DNA of 13,891 nt from Bdellovibrionota bacterium FG-2 (GTDB lineage: Bacteria > Bdellovibrionota > UBA1018). Where the stretch lies: NCBI GenBank assembly GCA_051382305.1, contig JBBCAV010000163.1:1-13891 (forward strand), read 5' to 3'. A model generated the notes under the pieces. It saw only the letters and a list, made by a program, of their open reading frames with translations, searched no databases and was not told the DNA's origin. Shown here one piece after another: positions 1 through 6,178 of this stretch. The stretch's first letter is position 1. Each line of letters opens with the position of its first letter. The translations under genes and the position numbers were made by a program.

Positions 1-48
1 GTCATGAACACAATGCTCGCATACAAAAGAGCCAGTGTCCAGAGCTAA
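1..48 (+). CDS. Possible 3' end of an upstream gene (…VMNTMLAYKRASVQS*)
   Basis: Frame 1 is open from the window edge to TAA at 46-48, followed directly by a second TAA at 49-51. Too short to identify. Confidence 0.2.
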   Translation, partial: VMNTMLAYKRASVQS

Positions 49-127
49 TAAAAAGCGAAGTCAGCTCAGGCGCTTAACCGAGCGTATGCCGGAACCCTGG
101 ATGCCCCCGCACCATGGCATTTCCCTC

Positions 128-156
128 TAGACCTTTTCGAGATTTGGGTTAATGCT
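128..156 (+). promoter_or_regulatory. Weak sigma70-like promoter candidate for pilH (TAGACC-N17-AATGCT)
   Basis: TAGACC at 128-133, 17-nt spacer, AATGCT at 151-156, ATG 8 nt later at 165. Same geometry as the pilM promoter, but both hexamers are poor matches. Confidence 0.2.
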
Positions 157-164
157 TGGTTATC

Positions 165-1055
165 ATGACCCTTTCCGCCCCGATTCTCGAAGTCACGCAG
201 GTCACCCAAAGCTTTCGCTCGGGGTTTTGGCTTAAGCGCGCGCAAGTGTTACATAGTGTGAGTCTCACGGTGCCTCGAGGCTCCGTGTTTGGTTTCTTGG
301 GACCCAACGGCGCGGGCAAGACGACGTTGATTCAACTCATTGTAGGCCATCGGGCGCCCACCTCAGGCAGCATTAAAGTCGCAGGATATCCGGCACTGAG
401 TCGCGAAGCGAAAAGCCGCGTGGGGTATTTGCCTGAGCGGCCTTACCTTTATGAACACCTCACGGGTGAGGGGATTTTGCGGTATTTTGGCGCGCTTTCG
501 GGGATGACGGCGCAAAGACTTCGGGAGAGAATGCCGGTGGTGTTGGAGCTGGTGGGTCTAAGTGAGGCGGGTAAACGTGAATTACGCAAATACTCCAAAG
601 GTATGCTCCAGCGAATCGGGATTGCGCAAGCGATCTTGCATGAGCCTGAGTTTCTGGTTTTAGATGAACCCATGAGTGGGCTGGATCCGGTGGGGCGCAA
701 AGAGATGCGCGAGCTGATTGCGAAACTGGCGCGTGAAGGACATACCGTATTTTTTAGCTCGCATGTGATTCCAGATGTTGAAGCGATTTGTGATCAAGTG
801 GCGCTGATACAAAAGGGCCACATCGTGCGTTCGGGGCCGGTGAGTGAGTTTTTGAGTGTGGGCGGCGGTGGCCGCATTGAACTTCGTTATCAGTATGAAA
901 AAGGGGGACTCGTTCAAGTGAATCTGGAAGGGCAAAAAGCCTTGGATGAGCTCTTGCCACAAATCGTCGCAAGAGGCGGACAAGTAATCTCCGTGACGCC
1001 AGAGCGTGGATCACTGGAGGATCTATTTTCCACCTCTCCGGAGAGGTCCAGATGA
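165..1055 (+). CDS. pilH: ABC transporter ATP-binding protein, type IV pilus-associated PilH-like (Myxococcus/Bdellovibrio sense of PilH)
   Basis: Walker A GPNGAGKTT, GYLPE loop, signature variant YSKGMLQR, Walker B LVLDEP, H-loop SSH. Lies before a permease and pilD, as in deltaproteobacterial pil(G)HID. ATG at 165 is preferred to TTG at 156. Confidence 0.85.
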   Translation: MTLSAPILEVTQVTQSFRSGFWLKRAQVLHSVSLTVPRGSVFGFLGPNGAGKTTLIQLIVGHRAPTSGSIKVAGYPALSREAKSRVGYLPERPYLYEHLTGEGILRYFGALSGMTAQRLRERMPVVLELVGLSEAGKRELRKYSKGMLQRIGIAQAILHEPEFLVLDEPMSGLDPVGRKEMRELIAKLAREGHTVFFSSHVIPDVEAICDQVALIQKGHIVRSGPVSEFLSVGGGGRIELRYQYEKGGLVQVNLEGQKALDELLPQIVARGGQVISVTPERGSLEDLFSTSPERSR

Positions 1056-1852
1056 ATACCCCTTTTCCTACCTTTTTGACCGTAGTTCGGGCGGTGGGGC
1101 GCGTGACCTTTTCTGAAATCGTACGCGACAAAGTGCTTTACAACATCGTCTTGTGTGCGTTTCTGCTGTTTGCGCTGAGCGTCCTGGGTATGCGCCTTAT
1201 GTTCATGCATCAAGATCGCTTGCTCCTGGATTTTGGCCTCAGCGCGGTGGGGATTTCTTCAACCGCCATTGCAGTCTTTACCGGCTCAAGCCTTTTAGGG
1301 CGTGAATTTGAGAAGCGCACGATTTTTGTCGCGCTCTCGCGGCCCATCTCCCGCCTCTCCTTTATAGGGGGTAAATATCTTGGCTTGGTCGCCGTCCTCG
1401 CTGTGAACGCGCTCCTCCTGAGCCTGACCTTGCTTGCGTTGCTTGGTTTTGCGACGAGTTCCATGCAAACCTTGATGAACCCGGCGCTTTATTGGGCCTT
1501 GGGCTTGGCGTTTGTTCAGAGTATCGTGATCGCCTCAATCTCCATCTTCTTTTCGACGTTTTCGACGACCTCTTTGTCGGTTATCATGACGTGCGGATTT
1601 TATCTCGTCGGTACCAATATCTCGGGGATTAGGCTTATCGCTCTGAAGTCCGAATCGGAGTTTTATCGCATGCTCTTGCAAGGGGTCTCGCGCGTTTTGC
1701 CCAATTTGGAGCATTTCTCGCTGGGCACGCGGGTCACTTATGGCCTGCCGGTTGAATGGACCTTTGGAGTGGGCGCGATTTTCTACGGCCTCCTTGTGAG
1801 TGGCTTTTTTCTCCTCCTTTCTGGTATTCTAGTTCAGAAAAGAGAAAATTAA
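1052..1852 (+). CDS. pilI: ABC-2 type permease, PilI-like
   Basis: About 6 hydrophobic segments and the motif REFEKRTIFVALSRPISRLSFIGGKYLG typical of ABC-2/NosY-like permeases. ATGA overlap with pilH; SD-like GGAGAGG upstream. Confidence 0.82.
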   Translation: MNTPFPTFLTVVRAVGRVTFSEIVRDKVLYNIVLCAFLLFALSVLGMRLMFMHQDRLLLDFGLSAVGISSTAIAVFTGSSLLGREFEKRTIFVALSRPISRLSFIGGKYLGLVAVLAVNALLLSLTLLALLGFATSSMQTLMNPALYWALGLAFVQSIVIASISIFFSTFSTTSLSVIMTCGFYLVGTNISGIRLIALKSESEFYRMLLQGVSRVLPNLEHFSLGTRVTYGLPVEWTFGVGAIFYGLLVSGFFLLLSGILVQKREN

Positions 1853-2682
1853 TGTTCAATTTGGCCCTGATCCCCCAGCCTCTTATTACCCTTTTTATCA
1901 TTGCTTGTGGCCTAACTCTCGGGAGTTTCTTGAATGTCGTGGTTGCCCGTTTGCCGCATAAAAAATCCATCGTGCGGCCCGGAAGCCACTGTCCGCATTG
2001 CCAAGCGGTCGTCCGCTGGTATGATAATATCCCGGTTTTGAGCTACTTGCTGCTTCGAGGGCGGTGCCGCGCGTGCAAGGCAGAAATTTCGATAAGGTAT
2101 CCAGTCATCGAACTCTTAACGGCACTCCTTTTTGTCGCAGTCTACGTGCGTTTTGGCTTTGGTCCTTGGCTCTTTTTCCGGGATTGGCCGTTTGTGATGA
2201 TCTTGGTGGCCGTGACTTTTATCGATTTGGAGCACCGATTGATTCCGGATGTCTTGAGCCTCGGAGGGCTGGTGTTGGGTTTACTCACCTGTTGGATGGT
2301 TCCTTCAGTGGGTTGGGTTTCGTCGATTTCAGGGGCAGCGCTGGGTTTTGGGGTTTTCTACGCCTTTGCCTGGATCTATGAGCGGTTAACAGGGCGCAGC
2401 GGATTGGGGGGCGGTGATATCAAGTTCTTGGCAATGTTAGGCGCATTCATCGGACCCGAAGGCGTTTTTCACGCCATTTTGATTAGCTCCGTTTTGGGGA
2501 GTGTGATTGGTTTGGGGTGGGGCGTTTTTCTTCGGTTTAGGTATAAAAGAGCAGAGAATTCGCCGAATCTGCCGAATTTAATGAAGCTTTCAATTCCCTA
2601 TGGACCTTTCTTGGTCTTGGGGGGACTGTATTATTATCTTTTGGGTGATCTCATATGGTTCCGATTTACGACACCGATCTAG
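1852..2682 (+). CDS. pilD: Type IV prepilin peptidase / N-methyltransferase (peptidase A24A)
   Basis: GSFLNVV motif, Zn-binding CPHC…CRAC, WYDNIPVLSYL, catalytic aspartates in FIDLEHRLIPD and GGGDIK, C-terminal IPYGPFL. Start moved to ATG 1852 (TAATG coupling with the pilI stop), giving 276 aa. Confidence 0.96.
   Translation: MFNLALIPQPLITLFIIACGLTLGSFLNVVVARLPHKKSIVRPGSHCPHCQAVVRWYDNIPVLSYLLLRGRCRACKAEISIRYPVIELLTALLFVAVYVRFGFGPWLFFRDWPFVMILVAVTFIDLEHRLIPDVLSLGGLVLGLLTCWMVPSVGWVSSISGAALGFGVFYAFAWIYERLTGRSGLGGGDIKFLAMLGAFIGPEGVFHAILISSVLGSVIGLGWGVFLRFRYKRAENSPNLPNLMKLSIPYGPFLVLGGLYYYLLGDLIWFRFTTPI
2644..2650 (+). promoter_or_regulatory. Shine-Dalgarno-like site for the 2655 ORF
   Basis: GGTGATC is complementary to the 16S 3' tail (GAUCACC) and ends 4 nt before ATG 2655. 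Confidence 0.5.
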
Positions 2683-3290
2683 CTGAAGAACGATACGCAC
2701 GCGAAGAGTGGCGGCACGTTGAGCTTTGGGAGAAGCTTGAGATCCAGTTTCGCAGGCGTAGAAAACTTTGGATTGTGCTGGCGATCATCCTGTTTTTGGG
2801 TCTTTCTTCGGTTCCGGTGGTTTGGGAGTCTGCACCGCGCTGGGCGGCGCTCAATGCCGCTCGAAAGCTGGCCTATGAAATGAGTCGCGTAAAACGCCAA
2901 GCGGGACTCGAGCACGCCCCCTACCGAATCATTTTTGATTCTGACGGCTCCCTTCAATACGGAATTGAAACCGTTTCATCCTGTATAAAGGGCGAAAATC
3001 CGAAACTCGTTAGAAGAGGAAGACTCGTGGGGGAGTCGAAGCTTTCGGATTTTGTCCTTTTGACCCCAGCACAGGGAGAAAAGGCGGGTTTACCTAATCT
3101 CGTTCGCATCTTTTGTTACGATCCTCTTTTGGGCGCACAGTTCGCAAGTCCAGATCATCTGGCCGCGAGTTTTGCCATTGCCCCCGCCAAAGATTTGACG
3201 ATCACACCCGCTGGGCAAGAATTGACTGATCATGAGCGGATTGCCTTGTTACTTTTTCAGGGGCAATCGGCAGAAATTTCCTTCGAGTAG
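2655..3290 (+). CDS. FimT/FimU/GspH-like minor-pilin-fold membrane protein lacking the prepilin cleavage motif
   Basis: Single hydrophobic helix LWIVLAIILFLGLSSVP followed by PRWAALNAARKLAYEMSRVKRQA…YRIIF, in register with the FimT/GspH alpha-1 consensus. Two Cys (C110, C154). RRRRK occupies the place of FTLIE. Lies between pilD and pilM and overlaps pilD by 28 nt. Confidence 0.7.
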   Translation: MVPIYDTDLAEERYAREEWRHVELWEKLEIQFRRRRKLWIVLAIILFLGLSSVPVVWESAPRWAALNAARKLAYEMSRVKRQAGLEHAPYRIIFDSDGSLQYGIETVSSCIKGENPKLVRRGRLVGESKLSDFVLLTPAQGEKAGLPNLVRIFCYDPLLGAQFASPDHLAASFAIAPAKDLTITPAGQELTDHERIALLLFQGQSAEISFE

Positions 3291-3319
3291 TTGACCGCTT
3301 TCTTCAGGATGATTACACT
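3291..3319 (+). promoter_or_regulatory. sigma70-like promoter upstream of pilM (TTGACC-N17-TACACT)
   Basis: -35 TTGACC at 3291-3296, exact 17-nt spacer, -10 TACACT at 3314-3319. Fills the 37-nt intergenic gap. Confidence 0.7.
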
Positions 3320-3327
3320 TCAATAGA

Positions 3328-4431
3328 ATGGGTCTATTGTCATCCCTCAACGCAGGTGGAATTTTATCGCAGTTCCAAGGTCTTCTCTCCTTTGGTGGGG
3401 GGGGCTCCGCCGTGGGACTCAGCATCGGAACATCCTCGATCAAACTGGTTGAACTCAAGAAATCTGGCAAGACTTGGAAACTGATTCACTTCGGAATTGT
3501 GCAGCTACCCGATGAAGTAATTGTTAATCGCGAAATCGTAAATCAAATTGCGGTCGTCGAAAGCCTTAAGACGTTGGTTGCCCAGTTGAAGCTTTCTACA
3601 AAAAATGTTTGCACCTCGCTTTCAGGAACCTCTGTCATTATTAAGCGAATGTCGATTGAAGTTCCAAATCCTCGCGAAATTCAAGATCAAGTATTTTGGG
3701 AGGCCGAGCAGTATCTCCCTTTTGATGTTTCGGAAGTTGTCATGGATTTTCAGGTTCTTTCAAAGGGCAAGGATACGAAGACGGATGTGCTATTGGTCGC
3801 GGTGAAGCGATCTGTTTTGGATACCTACATGGCTTGCATCGAAGACGCAGGGCTGGTTCCGAAGATTGTGGATGTCGACTTTTTTGCACTTCAAAATCTG
3901 TTTGAAGTGAACTATCCCATCAATCCCTCCGAAGCGGTTGCTATAGTTGATATTGGGGCCTCGTCTACAAAACTGGTCGTCATGCAGCAGGATATTCCGG
4001 TGTTTACGAAAGACTCGGCGCTGGGAGGCCGAAACCTCACCTTAGAAATTCAAAAGAACCTCAACTTCACATTTTCTGATGCGGAAATTCTAAAAACGAA
4101 TAGTCCGGCGACTGAACTTCCTCAAGAAGTGAGTGATCTCATGCGCGTGATGAATGAAAACCTGGCGACCGAGATCAAGAGAGCTTTGGACTTTTACGCA
4201 GCCTCTTCTGTGGGTGCTCCGGTCTCTTACGTACTGCTGACCGGAGGGGGGGCGAAGGTTCCTGGCTTGTCTCAGATCGTCGAAGAAACCTTGAGACTGC
4301 CCACGCAAGTCATGAATCCCTTTAATTCTATTTCGTATGATCCTTCGGTGTTCACGCAGGATTATATGGCGGCGATCGGGCCGATTGCGGCCGTTCCGAT
4401 CGGCCTCGCTTTACGGGCGGGTGCCCGATGA
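3328..4431 (+). CDS. pilM: Type IV pilus assembly protein PilM (actin/FtsA-like)
   Basis: GLSIGTSSIKLVEL (phosphate-1 variant), WEAEQYLPF, VLLVAVK, VDVDFFAL, IVDIGASST (phosphate-2), LTGGGAKVPGL (adenosine), terminal VPIGLALR. First gene of pilMNOPQ. Confidence 0.96.
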   Translation: MGLLSSLNAGGILSQFQGLLSFGGGGSAVGLSIGTSSIKLVELKKSGKTWKLIHFGIVQLPDEVIVNREIVNQIAVVESLKTLVAQLKLSTKNVCTSLSGTSVIIKRMSIEVPNPREIQDQVFWEAEQYLPFDVSEVVMDFQVLSKGKDTKTDVLLVAVKRSVLDTYMACIEDAGLVPKIVDVDFFALQNLFEVNYPINPSEAVAIVDIGASSTKLVVMQQDIPVFTKDSALGGRNLTLEIQKNLNFTFSDAEILKTNSPATELPQEVSDLMRVMNENLATEIKRALDFYAASSVGAPVSYVLLTGGGAKVPGLSQIVEETLRLPTQVMNPFNSISYDPSVFTQDYMAAIGPIAAVPIGLALRAGAR

Positions 4432-5033
4432 TCAAAATCAATCTCGCGACACGAAAACAAATGGGGGGCGGCGCCCCCAGCGGTGGTAAGACTTCGAAAC
4501 TATCAGGGTTAAATCTCAGTGGCTTGAGTGATTTGCCGATTCGCAAGTTTCTCCCCTTTGTTTTGGCCGCGGTTGTGTTCACGTTCTTTATAGACGGGAT
4601 GAAGGATTCGGATCTTCAGAAGTTTGATGCCGGCATCGTAAAAATGCGCAAAGAGCAGGAAAAATTGCACGCCGAACTTCAAAAAACTCAGGGGTTCGAA
4701 GCGGTTAAAAAAGCGCTTGAAGTGGACGAGCAAATGGTTCGCAAGAAAATTGAGACGATTCAAAAACTTTTGAGCGATAGGGAAGCCAACTATAAAATAT
4801 TGGTGTCTTTGGCGTCTTCTATTCCGTCGGATGTGTGGTTTCGCAATCTCAAACTTGATCAAAGTGAGTTGGCGATCAAGGGGGGGGCTATGGGGTTTAA
4901 TCAAGTGACCGATTTTATGAAATCCTTGAATGAGAGTGCCCTTTTTACTGAAGTACAGGTTCCCAGCACTCAGCAAGAAAAGGATGAGGCAGGGCAAATA
5001 GTGGGTTTTGAAATGTCAGCCAAAAGGCGTTAA
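4428..5033 (+). CDS. pilN: Type IV pilus assembly protein PilN
   Basis: N-terminal MIKINL, one TM helix, coiled coil, and IPSDVWF…IKGGA…VTDFMKSLNES…F of the PilN domain. ATGA overlap with pilM. Confidence 0.92.
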   Translation: MIKINLATRKQMGGGAPSGGKTSKLSGLNLSGLSDLPIRKFLPFVLAAVVFTFFIDGMKDSDLQKFDAGIVKMRKEQEKLHAELQKTQGFEAVKKALEVDEQMVRKKIETIQKLLSDREANYKILVSLASSIPSDVWFRNLKLDQSELAIKGGAMGFNQVTDFMKSLNESALFTEVQVPSTQQEKDEAGQIVGFEMSAKRR

Positions 5034-5048
5034 ACGAGGCGGTAAGCA

Positions 5049-5672
5049 ATGGCCAGTGCAGGACTTAAGGAGTTGTTAGACCGAATTCCTATCAAAGCAG
5101 TTTTTATCGCCTATGTAGCATTCGTGGGTTACGGATATTATGAATTCAAATCCGACCCGAGCTCCCCCCTGAAACAAAAAGAAGCTTTGTATAAATCCTT
5201 AAAGACTGACAATGCACAGCTTCAAGCAAAGGCGAGTCAGGCCCAGGAATTTATTAAGACGCTCGATATGAAGCGAAACGAATTGAGGACACTCACCCAG
5301 CAACTTGCCGATCTGAAGTCGAGTATCAAAAGTCAAGTTGATGTCCCTTCGGTCGTAAAACTCCTTGTCAGTGAAGCCGGGCGGGTGGGTTTGCGAGTTT
5401 CAGGAATCAAGCCCCTCGCACAGGTCACCAAAGAATATTACGTGGAGCAGCCTTTTGATTTTGTGTTTCGTGCGGTTTACGTTCAACTTTTGGTCTTTTT
5501 GCAGCGAATTTCGGAGCTGACGGAACTCTTTGGGGTCGATCGAATTGAACTCAAACCCGTGGGTACAAGTGCGGGCCGGTTCGTGGAACTTGAAGGAAGC
5601 ATTCAAATCAAAGGTTATCGTTATCTCGGGACTCCAGCAGACGAAATCGGCAAGAAGGGAGCTGGAAAGTGA
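5049..5672 (+). CDS. pilO: Type IV pilus assembly protein PilO
   Basis: N-terminal TM, long coiled coil, IP-like segment, KEYYVEQPF…YVQLLVFLQRISEL, C-terminal YRY. Third gene of pilMNOPQ. Confidence 0.9.
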   Translation: MASAGLKELLDRIPIKAVFIAYVAFVGYGYYEFKSDPSSPLKQKEALYKSLKTDNAQLQAKASQAQEFIKTLDMKRNELRTLTQQLADLKSSIKSQVDVPSVVKLLVSEAGRVGLRVSGIKPLAQVTKEYYVEQPFDFVFRAVYVQLLVFLQRISELTELFGVDRIELKPVGTSAGRFVELEGSIQIKGYRYLGTPADEIGKKGAGK

Positions 5673-6169
5673 GCGCACGCTTGTTGATTCTTCTGGCCCT
5701 TCTGAGTGTCGTGCTTCGTTTTACACTTGCGATGGGCGCTGAAACTCCACCGGAGACCCAAACGGCGGCCCCGCCGGAAGCCAATCCCTCTTCAGAGTTA
5801 CTCAAGCTTCGCGATCCTTTTAAAAGACCCAGTGCCTTGGGGGCGGGAGGAGCGGGAGGAGCGGGAGAAGGGCTCAAGCCGACTTCGGCGCTGGAGACTT
5901 TGAGTATCGATCAAATTAAAGTCGTGGGTATCATGACCGGACCCGGTGCGCATCGGGCGATGATTCAAGCGGCAGATGGGCGAACCTTCTTTGTAGCCGA
6001 GAATTCAAAAGTTGGAATGCGCAAGGGTGTGGTAAAGAAAATAACGGCCGATTCAGTGCGCATTCGCGAGAAGATTCTGAATGCCTTAGGCCAAGAAGAG
6101 AGTGTGGATACGGAAATCCGCCTGCCTGCAGAGAGCAGAGGACAAACGGCGTCTGGTGGCGGACCATAG
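5669..6169 (+). CDS. pilP: Type IV pilus assembly protein PilP (no lipobox cysteine)
   Basis: Signal-like N-terminus, RDPF motif, LE…DQIKVVGI…RAMI…DGRTFFV…VG…GVVKKI beta domain. GTG start overlaps the pilO stop (GTGA). Confidence 0.9.
   Translation: MSARLLILLALLSVVLRFTLAMGAETPPETQTAAPPEANPSSELLKLRDPFKRPSALGAGGAGGAGEGLKPTSALETLSIDQIKVVGIMTGPGAHRAMIQAADGRTFFVAENSKVGMRKGVVKKITADSVRIREKILNALGQEESVDTEIRLPAESRGQTASGGGP
5843..5869 (+). repeat. In-frame 9-bp tandem repeat x3 (GCGGGAGGA GCGGGAGGA GCGGGAGAA) in the pilP linker
   Basis: Read directly from the sequence; encodes AGG-AGG-AGE. Confidence 0.85.
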
Positions 6170-6173
6170 GAGG
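6168..6173 (+). promoter_or_regulatory. Strong Shine-Dalgarno site for pilQ
   Basis: AGGAGG 5 nt upstream of ATG 6179. Confidence 0.8.
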
Positions 6174-6178
6174 AAGCG

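Noticed and set aside
52-164. Riboswitch, ncRNA, terminator or sigma54 promoter upstream of pilH
   Set aside because: Only 4-5 bp stems without a U-tract, no recognisable c-di-GMP riboswitch motif, and TGGCAT at 115-120 lacks the GC at the -12 position.
165-1055. YSKGM in place of LSGGQ as a sign of an inactive ABC ATPase
   Set aside because: The [YF]SKGM signature is a normal variant in this ABC-2 ATPase subfamily, and Walker A, Walker B and the H-loop are intact.
1756-1851. Longer pilD start given by the ORF track (308 aa)
   Set aside because: It would overlap pilI by about 97 nt with non-homologous sequence. ATG 1852 gives TAATG coupling and a normal PilD N-terminus.
2655-2765. Pilin-like gene as a frameshifted pseudogene
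   Set aside because: The ORF is continuous from an SD-supported ATG, and I saw no G-F-[TS]-L-x-E motif in the other frames just upstream of the hydrophobic helix.
3397-3404. G8 tract near the 5' end of pilM (also G7 at 4246-4252 and G8 at 4880-4887) as phase-variation sites
   Set aside because: All are in frame and encode Gly runs. G6-G8 runs are frequent throughout the window and shorter than typical contingency tracts. Read-level length variation would be needed to support this.
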